A stretch of 47,839 bases of DNA, from assembly GCA_050183355.1 (NCBI GenBank), contig JBFXBH010000005.1, positions 1-47,839 on the forward strand. The letters are read 5' to 3'. The translations under genes and the position numbers were made by a program. Of the stretch, positions 1-8,825 are shown piece after piece. How positions within the stretch are numbered: the stretch's first letter is position 1; every line of letters starts with the position of its first letter. The notes beneath the pieces were generated by a model. It did not search any database. It was not told the origin of the DNA and saw nothing but the letters and a program-made list of their open reading frames with translations. This DNA comes from Vicinamibacterales bacterium (GTDB lineage: Bacteria; Acidobacteriota; Vicinamibacteria; Vicinamibacterales; UBA2999).

Positions 1-463
1 CCGCACTGAGGCCGGCGGCCTCGATCTCCTCCTTGACCGTCGGGTTGCGCTCCAGCTCCCCCATGCCGACCAGCGTCAGGAACGGCACGAGCAGCTGGTT
101 CAGCGCCGGCACGTGGCTGTGACAGAAAATGTGCGTGTGACCGCAGTCGGGGTCCAGACCCACCGCGAGATAGTCGAGCACGAGCTCGTGGACGTTGGCC
201 GGAATCGACTCCACCGAATCGCGGTCGGTCAGCACCTGGTAGTCGGCGATGACGATGAACGTGTCGATGCCGAGGGCCTGCAGGTCCACGCGGTTCCGCA
301 GGGACCCGAAATAGTGGCCGATGTGGAGGGGGCCGGTCGGGCGGTCGCCGGTCAGCACCCGGTACCGCTTCGGGTGGGCCACGAAGTCGCGGCGCAGCAG
401 ATCGGAACGGCGCAGCGCCTCGTCAAACGTGGTCGCTGCGGAGTCGGACGTCGGCTCGCTCAT
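1..463 (-). CDS. trpS: tryptophan--tRNA ligase, N-terminal part (gene runs off the left window edge)
   Basis: Absent from the ORF track because there is no stop in the window. My translation of the minus strand from ATG (complement of 461-463) is MSEPTSDSAATTFDEALRRSDLLRRDFVAHPKRYRVLTGDRPTGPLHIGHYFGSLRNRVDLQALGIDTFIVIADYQVLTDRD... It has a class I HIGH motif (LHIGH) in a TrpRS-type N-terminus. Confidence 0.8.
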   Translation of the reverse strand, partial: MSEPTSDSAATTFDEALRRSDLLRRDFVAHPKRYRVLTGDRPTGPLHIGHYFGSLRNRVDLQALGIDTFIVIADYQVLTDRDSVESIPANVHELVLDYLAVGLDPDCGHTHIFCHSHVPALNQLLVPFLTLVGMGELERNPTVKEEIEAAGLSA

Positions 464-485
464 CGACTACTATCATAGTCACGCC
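464..485. promoter_or_regulatory. 22-bp divergent trpS/scpA spacer with palindromic AT-rich core ACTATcATAGT (candidate overlapping -10 elements)
   Basis: On the plus strand, TATCAT (471-476) lies 9 nt before GTG 486. On the minus strand, TATGAT (complement of 472-477) lies 8 nt before the trpS ATG. Confidence 0.4.
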
Positions 486-1298
486 GTGACGGAAGCCGCC
501 GACTTTGAGTCCTCGCCGGACGCGTATCGCGTCAGTCTGGCGTCCTTCGAAGGACCGCTCGACCTGCTGTTGCACCTCATCAGGAAGAACGAGGTCAACA
601 TCTACGACATTCCCATCGCGCTGATCACGGAGCAGTACCTCGGCTACATCGAGTTGATGCAGGAACTCGACCTCGACGTGGCGGGGGAGTTCCTCGTCAT
701 GGCGTCGACGCTGATCCACATCAAGTCGAAGGCGATTCTGCCGCGTCCGGAAACGGCCGCCGGCGACCCCGAGCCGGAGGACGACCCGCGCGAGATGCTC
801 GTGCGCCGGCTGCTTGAGCATCAGAAGTACAAGGCCGCCGCGGAACTGCTTCACGACAGGGAGACGGTCCGCAGCGCGCAGTGGATGCGGCCCGACGCCG
901 CCGTGGCGGCCGCGGCCGGCGATGCCTACGAACCCGAGATGGAGGTCGACCTCTTCAGCCTGCTCGCGGCGTTCCGCGGCGTGCTGGAGCGGGCGAACCG
1001 CCGCCCGCGGATGGTGCTCCCACCGGAGCAGATCTCCATCGAGGTCCGCATCCAGCAGCTGCTGGGCCGGCTGTCGGAGACGGACGCGTGCGGGTTCGAC
1101 GAACTGTTCGCGGACGGAGACGGGAGCCGCGGGTTCATGATCGTGACCTTCCTGGCCGTGCTCGAGATGATCCGGCTCAAGGTCATCCGCGTGTTCCAGA
1201 GCGGGGCCTTCGGGGAGATTCGCGTGTACAAGCGCGCGCGCCCGGCCGATGCACCGAATCCGCTGGGCCACGCCGCCCAGGTCAAGCCGACGGAGTAG
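486..1298 (+). CDS. scpA: segregation and condensation protein A (kleisin)
   Basis: Frame of ORF 321..1298. The signature LASFEGPLDLLLHLIRKNEVNIYDIPIALITEQYLGYIELM is ScpA-typical. Start set at GTG 486, the first start codon that does not overlap trpS. An ATG start would require overlap with trpS. Confidence 0.88.
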   Translation: MTEAADFESSPDAYRVSLASFEGPLDLLLHLIRKNEVNIYDIPIALITEQYLGYIELMQELDLDVAGEFLVMASTLIHIKSKAILPRPETAAGDPEPEDDPREMLVRRLLEHQKYKAAAELLHDRETVRSAQWMRPDAAVAAAAGDAYEPEMEVDLFSLLAAFRGVLERANRRPRMVLPPEQISIEVRIQQLLGRLSETDACGFDELFADGDGSRGFMIVTFLAVLEMIRLKVIRVFQSGAFGEIRVYKRARPADAPNPLGHAAQVKPTE

Positions 1299-1301
1299 CC
1301 A

Positions 1302-2048
1302 GTGTCCATCGAAGATAACGACATCCCGGCCGTCGAGCCGGACGCCGCCGGGCCGGCCCCGGACGACGCGCCTGCCGCGCCGGCGCTGCCGTCGGCCGAA
1401 CTGAAGGCCATCGTCGAGGCGCTGGTCTTTGCGTCGCCGGAGCCGCTGACGCCGAAGGTGCTGTGCAAGATCCTCGCGACCGAGCCGAAGGAGGACGTGC
1501 TCGCGGCGGTGGCCGCGCTGCAGGCGGACTACGCGGATCGGCCCGGGCTGACGTGGGTCGAGGTGGCCGGCGGGCACCAGATCGTCACGCGCCCGGAGCT
1601 GCACGAGTGGGTGCGCCGGCTGTTCCACGAGCGCTCCACGCAGAAGCTGACCGTGCAGGCGCTGGAGACGCTGGCCGTCATCGCCTACAAACAGCCGATC
1701 ACGTCCGCCGAGATCACGGAGGTCCGCGGCGTCAACACGTCCGGCGTGCTCTCGACGCTGCTCGAGCGGCACCTGATCAAGATCGTCGGCCGGAAGAACG
1801 TCGTCGGCCGGCCGTTCCTCTACGCGACGACGCGTGAGTTCCTGATCCGCTTCGGCCTGAACGACCTGGGCGACCTGCCGAAGATTGAAGACATGGCGCA
1901 GGCGCTCGGCTTCGATCCGCCGGCCGGGCTGATGGAACTGGCGCCGGCCGAGGACCTGCTGCCGCTCACCGAGAGCGACGTGGAGGCCCTGGGCGGCGAG
2001 CCCCCGGCTTCCGCGGACGCGGCGCCGACGGACGAGACGCTCGGGTAG
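1302..2048 (+). CDS. scpB: segregation and condensation protein B
   Basis: ORF 1302..2048. LKAIVEALVFASPEPLTPKVL ... TVQALETLAVIAYKQPITSAEITEVRGVNTSGVLSTLLERHLIKIVGRKNVVGRPFLYATT is a ScpB winged-helix signature. It starts 3 nt after the scpA stop. Confidence 0.9.
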   Translation: MSIEDNDIPAVEPDAAGPAPDDAPAAPALPSAELKAIVEALVFASPEPLTPKVLCKILATEPKEDVLAAVAALQADYADRPGLTWVEVAGGHQIVTRPELHEWVRRLFHERSTQKLTVQALETLAVIAYKQPITSAEITEVRGVNTSGVLSTLLERHLIKIVGRKNVVGRPFLYATTREFLIRFGLNDLGDLPKIEDMAQALGFDPPAGLMELAPAEDLLPLTESDVEALGGEPPASADAAPTDETLG

Positions 2049-2865
2049 CCGACCGGCCGGCAGGGCGGCCGGGAGCCGTCCGCCTCGCCCCGTCCGCGCG
2101 TGACGTGCCCGCCGCGCCGGCCGGACGCGGTACGGCGGGACGGCTCGCGTGCCGCTGCAGCGAGGCCACCTCTGCCGGTGTCAGGTCCCGCCACTGCCCG
2201 GGCTTCAGGGCATGGTCCGAGATCGGGCCGATCCGCGTGCGCACCAGGCTGTCGACCGGATGTCCCACCGCCTCGAGCATGCGGCGCACCTGCCGGTTCC
2301 GGCCCTCAGTGATGACCAGACGGACGACGGCCTTCGGTGCCCTCCGTCCCGGGTTCAGCACCTCCGCGCGAGCGGGCAGCGTCCGGCGGCCGTCGAGCGG
2401 GATGCCCCGCCGCAGGCGCGCCAGGGCGTCCGCGTCGGGCATGCCCGCCACGTGGGCCTCATACGTGCGCTCGACGCCGTGCCTCGGGTGCGTCAGCATC
2501 GCGGCGAGGTCGCCGTCGTTGGTCAGCAGCAGCAACCCCTCGGTCTCGTAGTCCAGGCGGCCGACCGGATAGACGTACTCCTTCACGCCGCCGATGAGAT
2601 CCATCACGGTCCGCCGCCGCTCCGGGTCGCTCAGCGTCGTCACCACGCCGCGCGGCTTGTAGAGCAGGACGTAGCGGCGGCGGGTATCGGTTCTGATGCG
2701 CCGGCCGTCCACGCGGATGTCGTCGGTGGACGGGTCGGCCTTCGACCCGAGTTCGCGCACGGTCTGGCCGTCGACGGTGACGCGGCCGGCGACGATCAGG
2801 GTTTCGGCCGTGCGCCGCGAGGCCACGCCGGCCCGCGAGAGCACCTTCTGCAGACGTTCTTCCAC
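1966..2865 (-). CDS. rluB: pseudouridine synthase, RluB/RsuA family (S4 domain plus catalytic domain, Arg/Pro-rich tail)
   Basis: ORF 1966..2865. ERLQKVLSRAGVASRRTAETLIVAGRVTVDG is the S4 domain. YVLLYKPRGVVTTLSDP ... VYPVGRLDYETEGLLLLTNDGDL is the catalytic Asp motif. GTG start is preceded by AGGAAGGA. The 3' end overlaps scpB by 83 nt. Confidence 0.85.
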   Translation of the reverse strand: MEERLQKVLSRAGVASRRTAETLIVAGRVTVDGQTVRELGSKADPSTDDIRVDGRRIRTDTRRRYVLLYKPRGVVTTLSDPERRRTVMDLIGGVKEYVYPVGRLDYETEGLLLLTNDGDLAAMLTHPRHGVERTYEAHVAGMPDADALARLRRGIPLDGRRTLPARAEVLNPGRRAPKAVVRLVITEGRNRQVRRMLEAVGHPVDSLVRTRIGPISDHALKPGQWRDLTPAEVASLQRHASRPAVPRPAGAAGTSRADGARRTAPGRPAGRSATRASRPSAPRPRKPGARRPGPPRRSR

Positions 2866-2930
2866 GAGTCCTTCCTGGCGCCCGCCGTCGTGATGCGTGA
2901 CGCAACGGATGCTACGATCCCATACTTCGG

Positions 2931-3587
2931 ATGAAACAACTGATTATTGCCATTGATGGCCCCTCGGGTGCGGGGAAGGGCACGGTGTCCGGCGCGGTCG
3001 CCCGCGCGCTGGGGTACCGCCACATCGATACGGGAGCGATGTACCGCGCCGTGGCGTGGAAGGCCGACCGCGACGGCCTGCCGCTCGATGACGACGCCGC
3101 CGTGTCCGCGCTGGCCGCCCGCGCGGAGCTGGTGGTGGACGGTGGCGTGGTCCGGATCGACGGGCATGACGTGACCCGCGCCATCCGGACCGCGGAAATG
3201 GATCGCCTGGTACCGACCGTGGCGCGTCAGCCAGGCGTCCGCGCGGCGCTCGTCGAGCGCCAGCGCGCGATGGGCGTCGGCGGCGGCGTCGTGATGGAAG
3301 GCCGTGACATCGGCAGCGTGGTGTTCCCCGGGGCCGACGTGAAGGTCTACCTGGATGCGTCCGAGGCGGAGCGGGCCCGGCGGCGCAGCCAGGACACCGC
3401 CTACGCGGGCGCGGCGGGGCAGGCCGCGGTGGCGGAGGCGATTGCCGCCCGGGATCAGGCGGACCGGACGCGCGCCACGGCGCCGCTCACGCTCGCGCCG
3501 GGCGCGGTCTACATCGACACGACCAACCTGACGATCGACGCCGTCGTCGATCGGGTGATGGGGCTGGTCCGCGCGGCTCTCGGCTAG
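2931..3587 (+). CDS. cmk: cytidylate kinase
   Basis: ORF 2931..3587. IIAIDGPSGAGKGTVSGAVARALGYRHIDTGAMYRAVAW contains the P-loop and is Cmk-typical. Confidence 0.9.
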   Translation: MKQLIIAIDGPSGAGKGTVSGAVARALGYRHIDTGAMYRAVAWKADRDGLPLDDDAAVSALAARAELVVDGGVVRIDGHDVTRAIRTAEMDRLVPTVARQPGVRAALVERQRAMGVGGGVVMEGRDIGSVVFPGADVKVYLDASEAERARRRSQDTAYAGAAGQAAVAEAIAARDQADRTRATAPLTLAPGAVYIDTTNLTIDAVVDRVMGLVRAALG

Positions 3588-4339
3588 TCGCGCTCGTCGA
3601 AGTCTTCGCTCGACTCTGGGTCGAGCTCCCAGCGGTCGTCGTCGCGCCCGGCGAGCTTGCCCTCGCCGCCGAGTTCCTCGTCGTCCGCGTACTCCATGCC
3701 GAGCGCCTGACCGATCTCGTCGACCACGTCCTGGTCGGGCGTCGGGTTGTCGCCCCCGGGCGCCTCGTCGCCCACAGCGTAGGCGGACTCCCAGTCGGCG
3801 TCCACGTCGCCGGCGGTGATGTCCGGTCCCGTCTGCGTGACTTCCTTCCGGTGCGCGGCGGCCTCGTGGCGGCCGCTCCGGACCGATGAGGCCGTGCGGT
3901 CCAGATCCAGGGATGACGGCGGGCCGGCCGGCGCGTCCACGTCCGCGATGGTGCGGCGCTCGCGGTCGAGGGCCGGCACCTTCCGCGCCACCCGGGCGGC
4001 GGCCGCCTTCTTCGGAACGGCCGGGCTCGCGACGGCCTTCCGGGGGGCCGGCTTCTTCGGGGCTGGCTTCTTCGGCGCGGTCCTTCGGGCCGCCACCTTC
4101 ACCGCCTTCGCGGCCGTCCGCTTCGGCGCCGCCTTCCTGACCGGCTTCCGGGCCGCGGCCTTCGCCTTCTTCGCCCCCGTCCTGACCCGCTTCGCCGCGG
4201 CCTTCCGCGCCGCCGTCTTCGCGGCGGCCTTGCCCGCCCGGCGAACGGGCACGGCCTTCTTCCGCCCGGCGGCCCGCGCCGGCTTCGTGCGCGTGGCGAC
4301 CGGCTTCCTGGCTCGCGCCGCTGGCTTCCGCTTGGCCAT
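3584..4339 (-). CDS. hypothetical protein: Ala/Lys/Arg/Pro-rich histone-H1-like N-terminal half plus acidic C-terminal domain
   Basis: Frame of ORF 3584..4345. ATG at the complement of 4337-4339 is preceded by GGAGGA with a 7-nt spacer. The N-terminus reads MAKRKPAARARKPVATRTKPARAAGRKKA...KKPAPKKPAPRK. The C-terminus reads TGPDITAGDVDADWESAYAVGDEAPGGDNPTPDQDVVDEIGQALGMEY. From memory this resembles a DUF6335-type domain (unverified). Confidence 0.6.
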   Translation of the reverse strand: MAKRKPAARARKPVATRTKPARAAGRKKAVPVRRAGKAAAKTAARKAAAKRVRTGAKKAKAAARKPVRKAAPKRTAAKAVKVAARRTAPKKPAPKKPAPRKAVASPAVPKKAAAARVARKVPALDRERRTIADVDAPAGPPSSLDLDRTASSVRSGRHEAAAHRKEVTQTGPDITAGDVDADWESAYAVGDEAPGGDNPTPDQDVVDEIGQALGMEYADDEELGGEGKLAGRDDDRWELDPESSEDFDERD

Positions 4340-4359
4340 GACCAACTCCTCCGTAAACC

Positions 4360-4389
4360 TTGACAGTGTGCCGTTAAGTGCCTTAAGCT
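4360..4389 (+). promoter_or_regulatory. candidate promoter TTGACA-N18-TAAGCT in the H1-like/rpsA divergent region
   Basis: A perfect -35 TTGACA lies at 4360-4365. The -10 TAAGCT at 4384-4389 is weak. A second -10-like TATAAA lies at 4475-4480. Confidence 0.35.
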
Positions 4390-4694
4390 CTGAAACTTAT
4401 CGGCTTTGAGCAATGACGGCCATGGGGCGCACCGCACGTGCGGCGCGCCCGCGGTCGCGGTCGCCTGAGGCCGTTATAAACGCGGGGGGCCGGTCCCCGC
4501 AACTCCATTCGTGCGGACGCAGGATGACCCTCGTCCGGGCCGGGTGGCTTCGAAGCCGGTGAATCTGTCCGAGGAGGACGCAAGCAGCAATGGCAAATGG
4601 AGATACCGGGTTGGCCACACCCGAATCGGGTGTACAGCCCGTGGCACCTGGCCGGACACGCGCGGGCAAGCCCGCGGGGCCGGCGTTCAAGCCC

Positions 4695-6365
<1,671 letters not shown>

Positions 6366-6378
6366 TTCACCGCAACGC

Positions 6379-6407
6379 GCCATCCCGGGCCCGCGGCCCG
6401 GGGTGGC
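6379..6407 (+). terminator. GC-rich hairpin between rpsA and ihfB (no U-tract; could be an attenuator or processing site)
   Basis: GCCATCCCGGGCC, a cgc loop, then GGCCCGGGGTGGC give 13 bp with one G-U pair. Confidence 0.3.
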
Positions 6408-6428
6408 GTACGCGCAGCAGGAGTGGCC

Positions 6429-6791
6429 GTGACCACACCCACAAGCGGCAGCATGACCAAGGCGGAACTGGTCGAGGAGGTCTCCCGCGTCTCCGATCTG
6501 ACCAAGAAGCACGCCGAAGTCATCGTCGATACGGTCTTCAAGAGCATCATCGACGCGCTGCACCGGGGCGAGAAGATCGAGCTCCGCGGGTTCGGCAGCT
6601 TCCGCCTGCGCAAGCGCGAGTCGCGGAAGGGCCGCAACCCGAAGACCGGTGACAAGGTCGACGTGCCGCCGAAGCGCGTGCCCTATTTCAAGCCGGGCAA
6701 GGAACTCAAGGACCTCATCAACCGGACCGGCGAGGACGCCGACGCGGGCGGTCCCGGACATGCCGGCGCACCGCACGCGGTGACGCCATGA
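6429..6791 (+). CDS. ihfB: integration host factor beta subunit / HU-family DNA-binding protein
   Basis: Frame of ORF 6423..6791. MTKAELVEEVS...GEKIELRGFGSFRLRKRESRKGRNPKTGDKVDVPPKRVPYFKPGKELK is an IHF/HU signature. Position after rpsA matches the known cmk-rpsA-ihfB order. GTG 6429 has AGGAG (6419-6423) 5 nt upstream. The canonical MTKAEL start would be ATG 6453. Confidence 0.85.
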   Translation: MTTPTSGSMTKAELVEEVSRVSDLTKKHAEVIVDTVFKSIIDALHRGEKIELRGFGSFRLRKRESRKGRNPKTGDKVDVPPKRVPYFKPGKELKDLINRTGEDADAGGPGHAGAPHAVTP

Positions 6792-6841
6792 CGCCGGGCG
6801 TTCCGGACCGCCGGTCCGGGCGCTGAGCGGCGCCTGCGGAC

Positions 6842-7330
6842 ATGGACCGGCTCTGGTCTCCCTGGAGGCTGCCCTACGTGACCGGACCGAAGGAGCAGGG
6901 CTGCGTGTTCTGCGCGGCGCGTGACGCGGGCGGCGCGCACCCGCTCGTCGTCTGGGCCGGCACGGCCGCCCTCGTCATCCTCAACAAGTACCCGTACAAC
7001 AACGGCCACCTGATGGTCGTGCCCCACCGGCATCTTTCGTCGCTGGGCGCGCTCACCGGCGCGGAACTGCAGGAGGTGGCGCTGCTGACGCAGCGGGCGG
7101 AGGCGGTGCTGATGGAGGGCTACGGCCCCGCCGGGATCAACGTGGGGATCAACGTCGGCAAGGCGGCCGGCGCCGGCATCGACGACCACCTGCACGTGCA
7201 CCTGGTGCCCAGGTGGGCGGGGGACACCAACTTCATGACGTCAATCGGCGCGACGCGCGTGCTGCCGGAAGCGCTCGAGGACGCGGCGGTCCGCCTGCGG
7301 CCGATCTTCCGGGCCGTGATGGAACGGTAG
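6842..7330 (+). CDS. HIT family nucleotide hydrolase/phosphorylase
   Basis: ORF 6842..7330. LVILNKYPYNNGHLMVVPHRH and the histidine triad DDHLHVHLVPRW are present. Confidence 0.8.
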   Translation: MDRLWSPWRLPYVTGPKEQGCVFCAARDAGGAHPLVVWAGTAALVILNKYPYNNGHLMVVPHRHLSSLGALTGAELQEVALLTQRAEAVLMEGYGPAGINVGINVGKAAGAGIDDHLHVHLVPRWAGDTNFMTSIGATRVLPEALEDAAVRLRPIFRAVMER

Positions 7331-7332
7331 CT

Positions 7333-7542
7333 CTACCGCGTCGTGTAGCCCAGCTCGGTGATGCCGTCCCGGAGTTGCGCGACCGTGACACGCGCGTCGT
7401 CGAACGTCACGGTCACGCGCTCCGCCGTGTGCGACGCCTCGACCGCGTCGACTCCGGCGAGCCGGCCGAGCGCGCGTCTGACCGCGTTCTCGCACCCACC
7501 GCACGTCATGCCGGACACGTTCAGGGTTATCGTCTGAGTCAT
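7333..7542 (-). CDS. copZ: heavy-metal-associated (HMA) domain metallochaperone, CopZ-like
   Basis: Frame of ORF 7333..7710, trimmed to MTQTITLNVSGMTCGGCENAVRRALGRLAGVDAVEASHTAERVTVTFDD (GMTCxxC motif). The start codon is the complement of 7540-7542. Confidence 0.8.
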   Translation of the reverse strand: MTQTITLNVSGMTCGGCENAVRRALGRLAGVDAVEASHTAERVTVTFDDARVTVAQLRDGITELGYTTR

Positions 7543-8692
7543 GGTGCCCTCGCTTCGCCTCGCCCTCCTGCTTATCACACTCTCCGGTGTCACGTCCTGC
7601 GCTCTGCGCGGGCCCGCGCGCGTGGCGCCGGTATCCGTGCCGGCGGCGTTCGAGGTGGTCGGCGCGGCGATGCTGCCGGAGACGCGCATCGGGGACATGA
7701 GCACCGTCATCGCCGAACTGTCGGGCGCGTGGTACGACCCGGATCGGCGGGAACTGCTGACCGTGATCGACCGCCGGGATCAGTCAGCGATCATCGCGAT
7801 GGATCTCCGCGTCGAGCCGCAGGTGACGCTGACGCCGGTCCGCGCGGTCCGCGTGGAGCGGGCACTGGCGCAGCGCACGATGGACCTCGAGGGCATCGCC
7901 CGGGCCCCCGGGGGGAATGTTTTCATCTCATCGGAAGGTGAGACGGGCAATCCTGATGCGCCATCGCCCGGTGTGTTCGAGTACACGCGCGACGGCCGGT
8001 TCGTCCGCCAGCTCCCGATACCCGCGGCGTATCTCGGGCTCCGGTCGAACCTCGGATTCGAGGGCCTGACGGCCGCGCCGGACGGGAGCCGGGTCTTCGC
8101 CGCCGCCGAGGGCAGTCTGCGCCAGGACGGCGCGCCGGCGACGACGGCGCAGGGCGCGCTCACCCGGATTCTCAGCCTCGATCCGACAGGGCTCACGCGA
8201 CCGCGCGAGTACGCCTACCGCACGGAGCCGGTTCCCCTGCTGCGTGAGGGGGCAAACGTGAAGGGCGACAACGGCGTCCCCGAAGTGCTCGCGCTCGGTC
8301 CGGCGGACCTGCTCGTGCTGGAGCGCGCCTACGTCGAGGAGGAGGGGACGGGCGGCCGGTCGGCGAACGCGATCCGGATCTTTCACGTGCGCCTGGATGC
8401 GGCATCGGAGGTGTCCGGGCGGTGGTCGCTCGCCGAGGAACCGGCGGTCGTGCCGCTGAAGAAGACGCTGGTACTCGACCTCGCGACGCTGGCGCCGCGC
8501 CTGCCCCCTCGGCTGGCGAACCTCGAGAACTTCGAGGCGATGAGCTTCGGTCCGCCACTGGCCGACGGCCGCCGCACGCTGCTGCTGCTCAGCGACAACA
8601 ACTGCAGCGACACGCAGGTCAGCGCGCTGGTGGTTCTGGCGTTCACTGAAGAGCGCCGAGCAGCGGGTCCTGTCCGCACACAGCCCCACTGA
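7541..8692 (+). CDS. lipoprotein, phytase-like ('esterase-like activity of phytase') beta-propeller family
   Basis: ORF 7541..8692. The signal/lipobox is MVPSLRLALLLITLSGVTSC. GFEGLTAAPDGSRVFAAAEGSL and NFEAMSFGP...LLLLSDNN resemble the phytase-like family (remembered signature, unverified). Confidence 0.65.
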   Translation: MVPSLRLALLLITLSGVTSCALRGPARVAPVSVPAAFEVVGAAMLPETRIGDMSTVIAELSGAWYDPDRRELLTVIDRRDQSAIIAMDLRVEPQVTLTPVRAVRVERALAQRTMDLEGIARAPGGNVFISSEGETGNPDAPSPGVFEYTRDGRFVRQLPIPAAYLGLRSNLGFEGLTAAPDGSRVFAAAEGSLRQDGAPATTAQGALTRILSLDPTGLTRPREYAYRTEPVPLLREGANVKGDNGVPEVLALGPADLLVLERAYVEEEGTGGRSANAIRIFHVRLDAASEVSGRWSLAEEPAVVPLKKTLVLDLATLAPRLPPRLANLENFEAMSFGPPLADGRRTLLLLSDNNCSDTQVSALVVLAFTEERRAAGPVRTQPH

Positions 8693-8758
8693 GTGCTCGG
8701 CCATGTGCGCGTGTCACGGCTGAGGCCTTGCGCGCTCAGTGGGGCACCCCGTGTGCGG
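8674..8758. repeat. long imperfect inverted repeat (about 21 bp of pairing, 35-nt loop) spanning the stop codon of the phytase-like gene
   Basis: CCGCACAC-ag-CCCCACTGAG-TGC (8674-8696) pairs with GCG-CTCAGTGGGG-cacccc-GTGTGCGG (8732-8758). Confidence 0.8.
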
Positions 8759-8808
8759 CCACCCGCGAGCGGCGCGCGTCACGGCGGGCCGTGGTCCTGA
8801 TTCCCGGG

Positions 8809-8817
8809 TGCTATCAT
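8809..8817 (+). promoter_or_regulatory. candidate extended -10 TGcTATCAT, 8 nt upstream of the VWFA-gene ATG
   Basis: The sequence reads gggTGcTATCATccggccagATG. Confidence 0.4.
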
Positions 8818-8825
8818 CCGGCCAG

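Noticed and set aside
4543-4560. tRNA T-arm-like sequence GGCTTCGAAGCC
   Set aside because: It is a simple 12-nt palindrome without an adjacent acceptor, D or anticodon arm. It lies in the rpsA leader.
7326-7337. Palindromic stop-stop junctions: GGTAGctCTACC between HIT and copZ, and CTAG shared by cmk and the H1-like gene at 3584-3587
   Set aside because: These follow from convergent TAG stops placed 2 nt apart or overlapping. They are curiosities of a compact genome, and I have no evidence of function.
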